Shown here piece by piece: positions 27,901-39,500 of a DNA stretch of 58,498 bases. Within the stretch, counting starts at the first letter, position 1; each line of letters opens with the position of its first letter. The stretch is from positions 84,733,730-84,792,227 of the forward strand of contig NC_057718.1 in assembly GCF_004010195.1 (NCBI RefSeq). Reading direction: 5' to 3'. Below the pieces are notes generated by a model that saw nothing but the letters and a program-made list of their open reading frames with translations, made no database searches and was not told the origin of the DNA. The translations under genes were made by a program, and so were the position numbers. The DNA is from Chiloscyllium plagiosum (lineage: Eukaryota).

Positions 27901-29451
27901 ATGAAGATGTCAGCAAGGCATTCTGTCTGGTGGCCAGGCTTGGATGCAGACACTGTAATGGCGGGCAGTGCCCATAGTGCCAACAAGGACAAAAATTACT
28001 GCCATCAACTCCACCCCATCTGTGGGAATGGCCGGGGTAAATCTTGGACTTGGTGACATGTCGTGCATGCAGATCTTTTCATTGGCTTACATGTTCTTAG
28101 TCATTGTAGATGCTCACTCAAAGTGGTTGGTTGTGCATAGAGTTCAAATAGTGGGATGAAGATAGAAAAACTGCCCACATCTTTTGCAATACATGAACTC
28201 TCTGAAATGTTGGTCACAGATAACAGGCCACTGTTTACCCTCAGAGAACTTGAGAACTTCATAAAGCCGAATTGAATTTGACATAGAAGGACAGCTCCAT
28301 ATTGTCTATCATCCAATGGCCTGGCAGAAATAGCAATCCAAACTTTGAAGGCAGGCTTCAAGAAAGAGCCTATAGCCTCACTAGATACCAAGCTGTCACA
28401 GTTCCTATTTGATTATAGGGTTACCCCACATGCAACTACAGGGATAGCTCCAGCAGAGTTGCTACTGGGGAGAAGACTCTGAACCAGGTTAATTTGGCCT
28501 TCCCAGACCTTATGGGGGAACATGAAATGGCATCAGGAATGCCAATGGCAAACACAAGACTCCACCCAGCGAGAGAGATGGTTTGATACAATGGATAGGT
28601 TTGGTGTAGAAACCACAGAAATGGCTCTGCATGGGTAAGAGACATGGTCGATGCAAGTTCAAGATCTGTGACACACACAGTTTGATAGGTGCGATGGTTC
28701 TGAACAAGCAAGTGGACTGTATAAAAGCTGTGAATTTGCAAATGGTACAGGATCAAAATGTGCCCTGCCCCTCTGAACATTTGGCAAGGGTTCTAGAACC
28801 CCTGGGTTCACCCTCTCTGTCAAGAAGGAGAAAGTGAGGACTGGAGATCAGAGTCAAATGTGTGCTGCTGGAGAAGCACGGTAGGTCAGACAGCATCTGA
28901 AGAGAAGGAGAATCTCTGTTTCGGGCAAAAGCCCTTTGTCAGGGATTTCATGATGAAGAGCTTTTGCCCATAATGTTGATTCTCCTGCTCCTTGGATGCT
29001 GCCTGACCTATCTGTCAAATGTTGATGCAGAGATGGACATGACATGTAGCTGCCTCGATGCCTTTGCCATCAGAAGAAGAGTGAAGGCACTCCTGGTGTA
29101 AGCAGTGAGCTCCGGTGCGTTACACCCCACCTAGATCAGACGTCAAGCTGGAGGAGCCAGACCCAGAGATAAAATGCCCCAGGAGGTTCTCCAAGAAGAT
29201 GGACTGGTGTATGTCCACAGACTCTCAAAGGGAGAGATGTAGTGATTGTAATGAGGCCTGCCAGGTGGATGTTAGAGGATATGAGTTCCCTGACTGGGGC
29301 TGTTAATCTGGTTGAAATGGGCAGTCCTGGCTGACAGATAAAAAGAGGGTTTTCAGAGATTCTGGCACTCTGAGAGTACTGGAGTTAAGGACTTTTCAGC
29401 TGTAAATAAAGGGTGACTTGGTGAGGAATAACTGCCTCTGGAGTTATTTCA
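24982..29451 (+). mobile_element. Gypsy (Mag-like) LTR retrotransposon A, degenerate, both LTRs present
   Basis: LTRs 24982-25163 and 29238-29451 (tgtagtgattgtaatgagg...gttatttca); PPT aaagggagaga; flanks gtttt/gtttc; gag (DEKQQVIFLTTCG), RT and integrase (FLVIVDAHSKW) remnants. Confidence 0.9.
28824..29010. mobile_element. PLE family 1 inverted pair nested in Gypsy A
   Basis: Two opposed arms, each with a decayed GGGC-TTTT-GCCC-GAAA motif; 8-bp TSD tctgtcaa. Confidence 0.8.
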
Positions 29452-31719
29452 GTTTCAAGCAGAATTTTCTTCATCTTTGAATTATATTCTACTTTCTGCC
29501 ACTGATTAGTTTCATACTTCTTTTGGGGTAAGTGATAAAATTCTTGCTTGTTTCACTCAAGAAAATTCTGTAATTGTCTTTTTGATTTTGTTCTACTTAG
29601 CTATATTTTTAATTGAATTGTAATAAAGCTGCATACAGAAAATAATTAAAATTCTTTGTGGCTAACTGACAGGTGTTCAAAAAAAGGGGAGCCATTTCCC
29701 ACCTGGCTGCAGCCCTTCTTTTCCATTTGATATGTTTGCCAAAGCTTTTACAACCTGTTTGATATTCCTGACTAAAATATCCATGTTAGTGATTTTATCA
29801 ATATTTAATGGTTTCTGGGAGTCTAATCCCTGCATGAGTTTGGCACAGGTTGGCATAAGGTTGGCTTAGCACCCATCGGACTAAGTGATAGCATCCAAGC
29901 CAACCTCTACTTCAAGCTGAACTGTAATCTGAACTTACTTTTCAATGCAGCATGAGTCTTGAAGCTTTGGAAATGCTATCCTTTGGATGACCCATTATAA
30001 CTGGTTCCAGTGATTCCAATGTAAAAATCCTCTTGGCATTTATACAATACTGAACAGGTCCCTAAAACAGATGGCATGAGCTTCAAATTATTTCAGACAC
30101 CATGATCCATTCAAAATGTCAGCTGCATTTGCAGGCAGTAAGTGAACTGTTAAGAATGTTACATGTGTATCATTTTGGGACTTCTATGAGGCGTAAGTTA
30201 CTTCTCTTTAACCTCATTCAAAGAGGAATGATTTTGGAATTCAAAAGTGAACAGTTCACATTTGATTTAAAGTTTTGTGTCATTATGGTTCAGGGCGTAT
30301 AATGCTACTTGCGTATAGCAAAGATATGTTCACCTTGTATTCCATCAATAGTTGCACAGTTTACTGAACGATTACCAATTTGGGAGTAAACTTTCAGACA
30401 ATGTGGCTACGCGAGTAACAGCAAGTTGCACTTACCTACATCTTTAATGTAGATAATGCAGTGGAGGCACAAGAGGAAAAATAATGCTGAGCCAAAGGAG
30501 GAGCAATTAGTGGTGAGAACATTGGGTGAGGCTAGAGGATTAGAAACTCGGCTGGGGTTTGAATAGCGTATCACAGTTTTGAGCAGTCTGATCAACCGTG
30601 ATTTTGAGATTGAAAAGATGGGGTGTTGATTGTCGGAATCTAGGGTTTGTGGTGGGAGGATGGGGGAAGCGCTAAAACAATCTTTTTGATTTTCCTCAAT
30701 CTTTGGTAAAGGGCCTGTGTTCTCCTGAGACTGAAAGTCAGATACTCAACCTGACTGAGGTAATGGAGAAGTACTGCTAGGCTGCACTTTGTACTTCCTC
30801 ATCATATCGATGGAGGCTGATGCCATGACTGGTTGATGCTGTCAAGGTGACTGCAATAACTCCACAGAGACCGGTATTCTGTCCCCCATTCCCCTTTTAT
30901 TTACACACCGAGTCCCTGACACTGATCCAACTTCCTCAGAGCCAGCTGTCATAATGTGAGGATGTCTCACACTCCTGTTTATTATTTTTTTCTTTTACGC
31001 ACACACTGGTCCAGCTCCCTGAAGAGCCAGCTCTCAGAGTGAACAGAACCTCTGATACTCCTGCTTTTTTTTTTGCCAGCTCACAGAATGGACAGGATGT
31101 CTGACACCCCTGTTTTTTTTTAATAGACCTGAAATAACTTGACAGATGCTGGTATCCCATCACTAAGTCACACTTTGTTTACATGTATAAAGTCCTTGAC
31201 ACTAACTTAGCTCTCTCTGAGCCAGCTCTCAGAGTGATCAGGATATCTGACACACCTGTTTATACATTCCTGTTTATATCTGTCAGCCAGGGCTCCATGA
31301 TTAGACCAGATTAAGTGTCCCTTCGAGTGCGAGGACATAGGCTAGTTCTTTTTTGTTTGTAACTCCACTTGGGGCATTTTAGCACTGAGTCAGGTTCCTC
31401 CAACTCTGCCTCTGACGCAGAAGGCATGTAATGCACAGTAGATTGCCTCTTGTGCTCAGAGTCTTGGAAGAAATTCATTCTCTTTTCAGATGGCAAAGGT
31501 GTTGAGGCGGTGACATCTGCTGTGTCCACGTCAGATTCCAATGTATCTTTATCACTTGAGTCAGAGGGAGAGCCTACGGGTTCTGGAACAGTTGGAAAGG
31601 CTGTTGAGGAGCCTTTCACGTTTTGTTCCCCCATTGTTTGAGAGTTTGCCGCTTCCATATGGTGCACGTGCTTGTTCAGGAGTGTTGCACCCACCTGAAT
31701 TTTATACGTCTAGACTTTG

Positions 31720-31807
31720 GCTGAAAATGTGTTGCTGGAAAAGCGCAGCAGGTCAGGCAGCATCCAGGGAACAGGAGAATCGACGTTTCGGGCATAAGCC
31801 CTTCTTC
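31720..31807 (-). mobile_element. PLE family 1 short insert, ribozyme core clipped
   Basis: Nearly identical to 34217-34308 but lacks the CT of CTGAAGA. Confidence 0.85.
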
Positions 31808-32181
31808 CTTTACCTTGCACTGACCATGCCTCTTACCCATGCAGGGCCATTTCAGTGGTTCCTACACCAAACGTTTTCCCCTGAAGTAAACTGACTGTCT
31901 TGCTTATTGGAGTCTTGTGTCTGGCATTGGCGTTCCTGATGCTGTTTCAGCCTCCCACACTGGGTCCGGAAAGATCAGATTTAACCTGGTGTGGAGTCTT
32001 CTCTCCACCAGTAGCTCTGCTTGATTTATCCCTGTAGTTGCATGAGGGATGGTCCTATTAACAACTAGGAACTGGAACAGTTTGGTATCTAGTGCAGATG
32101 TAAGCTGTTTCTTCAAGCCTGCCTTCAAAATTTGGACTGCTCTTTCTGCCAGACCATTGGATCATGGATGATTTGGAGCTG

Positions 32182-32871
32182 GGAGAAAGTGAGGACTGCA
32201 GATGCTGGAGACCAGAGTTGAAAAGTGTGGTGCTGGAAAAACACCAGGGTTCCTAGGCGGAAGATGAGGCGCTCTTCCTCCAGGCGTTGTGTTGCTATGG
32301 TCTGGCGATGTAGGAGGCCAAGGACCTGCATGTCCTTGGCAGAGTAATAGGGGGAGTTAAAGTACTCAGCCACGGGGCGATTGGGTTGGTTGGTGCTGTT
32401 GTCCCAGAGGTGTTCTCTGAAACGTTCCGCAAGTAGGCGGCCTGTCTTCCCAGTGTAGAGGAGGCCACATCGGGTGCAGCGGATGCAGTAAATGATGTGT
32501 GTGGAGGTGCAGGTGAATTTGTGATGGATATGGAAGGATCCCTTGGGGCCTTGGAGGGAAATGAGGAGGGAGGTGTGGGCGCAAGTTTTGCATTTCTTGC
32601 GGTTGCAGGGAAAGGTGCTGGGAGTGGAGGTTTCTTGCGGTTGCAGGGAAAGGTGCTGGGAGTGGAGGTTGGGTTGGTGGGGGGAGTGTGGACCTGACGA
32701 GGGAGTCGCGGAGGGAGTGGTCTTTCCGGAACGCTGATAGGGGTGGGGAGGGAAATATATCCCTGGTGGTAGGGTCTGTTTGGAGGTGGCGGAAATGACG
32801 GAGGATGATACGATGTATCCGGAGGTTGGTGGGGTGGAAGGTGAGGACCAGTGGGGTTCTGTCCTGATGGC
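32182..32871 (-). mobile_element. Penelope-like element 3' fragment with GIY-YIG endonuclease
   Basis: Minus strand RTPLVLTFHP..FPCNRKKCKTC..IIYCIRCTRCGLLYTGKT..ERFREH..EERLIFRLGTL; 12-bp TSD gatttggagctg (32170-32181, 32872-32883). Confidence 0.92.
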
Positions 32872-34216
32872 GATTTGGAGCTGTCCTTATATGTTGACTG
32901 CCATTCGACCTTAGGAAATATTTGCATTCCCTGCTAATAAACAATGGCCTGTTATCTGTGACCCACACTTCTGGGGGTCTGTGTATTGCCAAAGTCATGC
33001 GCAGTTTTTCTATCGTTATCGCGTATATGGCGAATAAACTCTGTGCATGTCCAGGCACTTTGAGTGGGCATCCATAATAACTAAGAAAATTTGAGCCCAT
33101 GAATGGACCTGCATAGTTGACCTGTAACCAGGTCCAGGCTTTACCCAGCCATTCTCATGAATGTTGGCAGCAATATTTGTCCTTTTTGACACTCTGGGTA
33201 CTGTCGTGACACTGTTTGCATTCAATCCTCGCCACCAGACATAATGTCTCACCAATGTCTTCATTTTGGAAACCCCTGGAAGACTCTGGTGGAGTTCAGC
33301 CAGTATCTGGTGACCACCTTTGCTCGGGACAATCACTCTTGCTCCCTATAATAATGTCATCCTCTACTTTGATGGCCTTTTGGTTTCCCCCATCACCACT
33401 AGCTGTTTCAATTTTGTCAGGACTGATCTTTCTGCCTCCAAAGTCTGATTATTGTCAGCTGTGACTGGGAGTGAACCCAGAAAATTTAAAACCATTATGG
33501 ACTCTTGAAGTGGTGGCACCATTGGTGGTGTATCTGCCAGCGGGAGGCAGCTCAATGCATTTGGATTTGCTGTATAGTAAATCCTCCTGTATAGTATTCC
33601 AACTTGTAATTATACACATTTAGTATTTGAGCCCATCGTTGAATTCAGCTGAAGCTACGGGCAGCACTGCCTTGTTCTCTTTAAGTAGATGAAGCAGGGG
33701 TTTGTGATTGGTTATTATGTATGTAGAAGTATTGATGGAACTTCTTGACTCCAAATATGACTGCCAAAGGTTCCTTCTCTACCTGGATGTATTTACGCAC
33801 TGCATTAGCCACAGTCCTGGATGTATACGCTATTGGAATTTGCTTTTCATCAGGCCACCTATGAACCAATATGACCTCAATGCTGAATGGGGAGGCATTG
33901 CATGTCAAAGCAGACCTTTCTTGAGATCGTAATGTGCTTAGAGGTTGATAGCTGTTTCATCACTTCCCTGAAAGCTAATGCATTGCTATGCAACCATTTC
34001 CAAGGCTGACCCTTTTTTAAATGAGTTGATGCAAAGGTGCCAGGATTAGGGCCAGGTTATTTATGAACTTCCCATAATAATTCACCAGCTCAGGAAAAGA
34101 CCGAAGCTCTAGTACATTCATGGGAACCGGGGCACCTTTGATTACCCTTACTTCATCTTTCAACGAGTATAAATCCGTCCTGTCAATTTTGTAGCTACAA
34201 GTAAGTCACTTGGGGT

Positions 34217-34308
34217 TGAAAATGTGTAGCTGGAAAAGCGCAGCAGGTCAGGCAGCATCCAGGGAACAGGAGAATCGACGTTTCGGGCATAAGCCCTTCT
34301 TCAGGAAT
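34217..34308 (-). mobile_element. PLE family 1 short insert
   Basis: 12-bp TSD gtcacttggggt (34205-34216, 34309-34320). Confidence 0.9.
34272..34308 (-). ncRNA. Minimal type I hammerhead ribozyme motif
   Basis: CUGAAGA-A-GGGC(UUAU)GCCC-GAAA-CGUC, core 34277-34304. Confidence 0.7.
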
Positions 34309-36064
34309 GTCACTTGGGGTGCCTGAAACACACATTTTGCCTGTCTAAGATGTACGCCTATCTGGGAGAATCATCTAAGGATTATGTGCAAGTTCTCTAT
34401 GTGGTCTTTTTGGTTTTCCTTGTTATTAACATGCCTCCTGGATATATGGTGACCTGGGGTAGACCATGTAAAATGTTCTCTATTGTCTGATGAAACGTTG
34501 TACCAGCTGCCAATACCCCAAATGGTGGCCTCGTATATTGGTACAAAGACTTATGGATATTAATTGGAGTGTACTTCTGAGAATCATCATCTAATGACAA
34601 TTGCAAGTAAGTATGGCTCATGTCCAGCTTGGTGAATGTTAGCCTCCCCTGCCAGCTTTGCATATAAATCCTCTGTGAAGGATAGGGTATTTATCCAGTT
34701 GTGAAAAGCAGTTTACCATTTTGTTATACTCGCCACAAAGGCGAACCAACCTATTGGGCTTCAAAATAGGTATGACCAGTGTTGTCCATTCACAAACTGG
34801 ACTAGTTTGATTCTTTTGATTTCCAGCCTTTTGATTTATAGAGTCATAGAGATGTACAGCATGAAAACAGACCTTTCGGTCAACTCTTCCATGCCGACCA
34901 GATATCCCAACCCAATCTAGTCCCACCTCCAGCACCCGGCCCATATCTCTCCAAACCCTTCCTGTTCATATACCCATCCAAATGCCTTTTAAATGTTGCA
35001 ATTGTACTAGCCTCCACCATTTCCTCTGGCAGCCCATTCCACACACACACCACCCTCTGCATGAAAAAGTTGCCCCTTAGGTCTCTTTTATATGTTTCCC
35101 CTCTCACCCTAAGCCTATGCCCTCTAGTTTTGGACTCCCCCACCCTAGAGAAAATACCTTGTCTATTTACCCTATCCATACCCCTCATTATTTTATAAAC
35201 CTCTATAAGGTCACCCCTCAGCCTCCGACGCTCCGGGGAAAACAGCCTCAGCCTGTTCAGCCTCTCCCTATAGCTTAAATCCTCCAACACTGGCAACATC
35301 CTTGTAAATCTTTTCTGAACCCTTTCAAGTTTCACAACATCCTTCCGATAGGAAAGAGACCAGAATTTGCAGGCAATATTCCAAAGTAGCCGAACCAATG
35401 TCCTGTACAACATGACCTCCCAACTCCTGTACTCAATGCTCTGACTAATAATGGAAAGCATACCAAACACCACATTCACTATTCTATGTAACTGTGACTC
35501 TACTTTCAAGGAGCTATGAACCTGCACTCCAAGGTCTCTTTGTTCAGCACCTTTCCTGAGGACCTTACCATTAAGTGTATAAGTCCTGCTAAGATTTGCT
35601 TTCCAAAAATGCAGCACCTCTCATTTACCTAAATTAAACTCTATCTGCCACTCCTCAGTCCATTGGCTCATCTGATCAAGATCCTGTTGTAATCCAAAGT
35701 ACCCTTCGCTGTCTGCTACATCTCCAATTTTGGTGTCATCTGCAAATTTACTAACTATATCTCTTAAGCTCACATCCAAATCATCTGTATAAATGATGAA
35801 AAGTATGGACCCAACACCGATCCTTGTGGCACTCCACTGGTCACAGGCCTCCAGTCTGAAAAACAACCCTCCACCAGCCTCTGTTTTCTACCTTCGAGCC
35901 AATTCTGTATCCAAATGGCTAGTTCTCCCTGTATTCCATGAGATCCATCCTTGCTAACCAGTCTCCCATGGGGAACCTTGTCAAACTCCTTACCGCCCTG
36001 CCCTCATCAATCCTCTGTTACTTCTTAAAAAAAAACTCCAAGTTTGTGAGGCATGATTTCCCAC

Positions 36065-36500
36065 ATTCTTTCATATGTAAATCACAAAACTTTTTTTAAA
36101 AGATACATTCTTAGGTTAACTCTAACAATTGGTGTCAGCCCAGACAGATGTTAAGACATTGAAGGTGTTAGCCCCCTGTGTTCTGTGGTCTGTGCCATAA
36201 TGTTTAGACTGATTCTAATCTAAAAAGTGAGTTAACAGAGTCTTACATGGAAGTTTTGTGATTTACATATGAAAGAAGTGAAACTATCATGGTCATTCTA
36301 ACAGATGAGAGACTCAACAAACAATCAAGGTATTTTTCAATGTATAATTTCAGTTACATCACACTGTAAACTTTTGCTATAAATTCTGTGTCTTACGATC
36401 TTATACTCCACAACCATCTGATGAAGGAGCAGCACTCCGAAAGCTAGTGCTTCCAATTAAACCTGTTGGACTATAACCTGGTGGTGTGTGATTTTTAACT
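36065..36500 (+). mobile_element. PLE-like family 2 terminal element
   Basis: Homologous to 57176-57659 (-) and 52770-52955; carries a hammerhead motif; 27-bp inverted repeat at its left end. Confidence 0.75.
36415..36449 (+). ncRNA. Minimal type I hammerhead ribozyme motif
   Basis: CAU-CUGAUGA-A-GGAG(CAGCA)CUCC-GAAA-GCUA-GUG, core 36418-36446. Confidence 0.7.
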
Positions 36501-39500
36501 CCAGTCTTCCAGCACCTCACCTGTGACTATCAATGGTACAAATCTCTCAGCAAGAGGCCCAGCAATCATTTCTGCTTCTAATTTGCCTATAAGACAATTG
36601 GCAGTGGGTGGGTCTTGCAGTGTCATGGAATTGCTTCCTGGTCAACATGTAAGATGGCCTTGGCTTCTTTGTTAGTCCGTAGACTTTCCTGAAAATCCTC
36701 CAGGTATTTAATTAGGACTTCAATCAGGAAGCTATTTTGTATTTGAAAAATATTGAGTCATTCTAAGTGGATCTTTCTCAACCAATTTCACCCCATCAAA
36801 CTTGGGCCTGAGCCTTTTACAACAATCTTTGATAACTGAACCAGCTGCTTCTCCTAATAGACCAGAACTGAAGTTGTACTCTTAATCTGTAACGGTTCCC
36901 TGATAGAGGTTCCCAGTCTAGCTGATGTCTTGCACAAACATAAGGGTTGGAGTCCAGAGTGAATTTTGTTAAAGATTTGTTCTGCAATCACTGCTATGGC
37001 CACACTGGTATTGACCTCCATTAGAACCAGGTGACCATTTGACCAGAAGTTTATTTTGATTGATTCTAGTTTGGATGTTGCTAAGCAATTTAACTGTTCC
37101 AAACCAGATGTAGATGGACTGTCCAGGCTGTAGACTCTCCTGGATACTGGCCTATGAGTTCTCTTGCTCAGTTTAGGCCTTGAGGCATTTTTGCTGTCTT
37201 GAGTCTGCATACCAGCAGTAACTCCAATGGCTTGCTGGTCAGGAACCCGAAGAAAGTTTGGCTTTGTTTGGGATTTTACTGTGGGCTGATCTATAGTCCC
37301 TCTGTTCAGGATATGTCCTGAGTGAGGCTATACAATTGCCTTCACTCAAGTGGTATCCTCCAAGCTTAGTCGGACTGGACAGGGTGTCCACTTCATCAGC
37401 ATACCCTGTAACTTCTATGTTTTACTAGCCTCATTTTCCAATGATAAAGCCAACTGTTTGAAGTCCAGTTGGGCTTCAGTTAGTTGGTGCTTATGCATGG
37501 TTACATTGTTAATCTCAAGTCTCATGTAATCTCTTGGCATCTCATTAAGGGTTAAACCAAAGTCACATGCCCCTATCAGTCCCTTAAACTTGTCAAAAAT
37601 CTTGACAAGGATTTCCTTGGTTCTCGAATTGCCAAGTTAAAAACTATGGTGCCTCAGAATTAGAGGAAGCTCAGAGTCATCATATTCCTGAATTGAATCC
37701 ATCAACTCTTGAAAGCATCTAGTGCCTCAGGGAAAGTTAGGCTCCTAATAACCGAAAACGTAGCAGGTCTGTAAACTATCAGGAGAATTACTCATTTCTT
37801 TTCATCTGCCCCAATGTAATTTGCTCAAAAAATATTGCATTGTTTCCACGTACTGGGCCCAATCTTTGTCAGCAGGATTGAATGTGTCAAGTTTCCCAAG
37901 TAATGACATGATGCCAGAAATGCTAACCCCCAACTCAAAGACAACTGTTGCAAGTGAGCTTCTTCGGGCGCATGCTTTTCCCTTGTCGCTGCTGAAATAA
38001 CTCCACAGAGGCCAATATTCTGGAACTCCAGTCACGCTTTATTTATATGTGGAGAGTCTTTGACACTGACCTTGCTCCCTCAGAACCAGTTCTGAGCAAA
38101 CAGGATGTCTGGCACTCATCTGTCAGTCAGGGCTCACTGATTGGGACTATTAATCTAGCCAAATCTGGGAATTCGTAACAAGGTCAGCCAGGCTGACCTC
38201 CTATATTACAATCATGACAGCGGCCACTGATGCAGGAAAGGTATGGAAGGGTAAGTTGAACAAAAATGGTTTTGGTGGGTGGAAGTATTGGATAAGTGAG
38301 AATAGTTTCAAATGAAGACAATTTTACCAAGTTAGGCAATTGAAAAGATGTAATGGAGGAAAATGGTGTAGTTGATTGTTAAAAGGCTTTAGTGAACAAA
38401 AGGAAAGATCATGTGCCATCAGGACCATTTAGTGCTGCAAGAAGGGGTGAGATCTTGATTTCAACAGAGAGTTGCTGGAAAAATGTCAGGATGTGGCATC
38501 CTGTGTTCAGAGACTTGGGAGTGGAAAGGAAAGTTGGCAATGGAACAAGTGTTTGCAATGATGAAGGCTTTGAAATTTGTTTGGTTTTACTTTTCAAGAA
38601 ACCAATCATAGAAAATTTATGGTGTAGAATGAGGCTATTTGCCTGTTGTGTCTGTGCAGGGCAAGAAAAATCTATCCAGTCCAGTCTTACTTTCCAGTTC
38701 ATGAACAATTGTTTATGGCACTTTCATTACCTATCCATATATTTTAAAAATGAAATTTGAAGATTTTGAAATGAAAGGGGAATTGTGTTTACTTTAAGGG
38801 AACAATTTCAAATGTCAGCCAGCATGGGGACCAGGAAATGGGGGAGGGAGCATTTGATGGTCAGTGGGATTCTTTAGGATTGGGCTTAAGGAGCTGTGAA
38901 TAGTTTGAATAAAGTAACAGTGGAGAGCCCGTGGCAAGGGAAAGGGACGCTATCGTGCAGAGCTTTGTGGTTAGTTAGGGAGAAACTTATTCCCCTTAGT
39001 CCAAGGAAAACAGCAGATACTGTTGGATGTATGTGCTGTCTCTTAAGTACTCAATGAGCACCTTAAGGATGGCTGGGGTGGTGGGGGGGCAGGGAGGAGG
39101 GGAGGGGTGGTGAGGAGCCTTAATTTCACATAAGATGAATGGAAGCTAAGGGACGTAAATGCAGTTTTGAAGGCAAGTGATAAAGTATGTATAAATTAAA
39201 GCATTTTCTAAATTCACCATAATTATGTACACAAATTATTGCCTATTGGTTGTTCCTTTATCATGTTCCAGTTTAAAACCATGGATTAATATGCAGTTAT
39301 TACCAATCAGTAACAGTTATGAAAATGACTGTTGTGTCAAATGTTTAATTGTAAGCTATTAACACAGGACATTTCTTAAAAAAAAAACTGAGCCTATTTT
39401 TATTATCTTTAACACAGCTAAAGTCAGGTTGGGGTACAGTTAGCACAGTTCAGCTATCCTGCTAATGTGCTGTGTCTGATGTTTGATATATGTTTACGCA

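Larger units (their letters stand above)
34838..36570 (-). mobile_element. CR1 (HER1-like) LINE nested in Gypsy B, itself interrupted at about 36065-36500
   Basis: SKFADDTKIG motif and a 245-aa C-terminal ORF; Gypsy sequence resumes on both sides. Confidence 0.92.
30852..38219 (-). mobile_element. Gypsy (Mag-like) LTR retrotransposon B, same family as A, with nested insertions
   Basis: 5' LTR 37993-38219; rearranged 3' LTR region 30852-31315; RT (FTKLDMSHTYLQL, YQYTRPPFGV), RNase H (EKEPLAVIFGVKKFHQY), integrase (LHQSLPGVSKMKTLVRHYVWW). Confidence 0.9.

Noticed and set aside
32295..33100. Long ORFs of 210 and 244 aa as novel genes
   Set aside because: Chimeric read-through of Gypsy integrase and PLE frames
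30847..38224. TSD for Gypsy B (gtgac / gcggc)
   Set aside because: Two mismatches in five bases; too weak to assert
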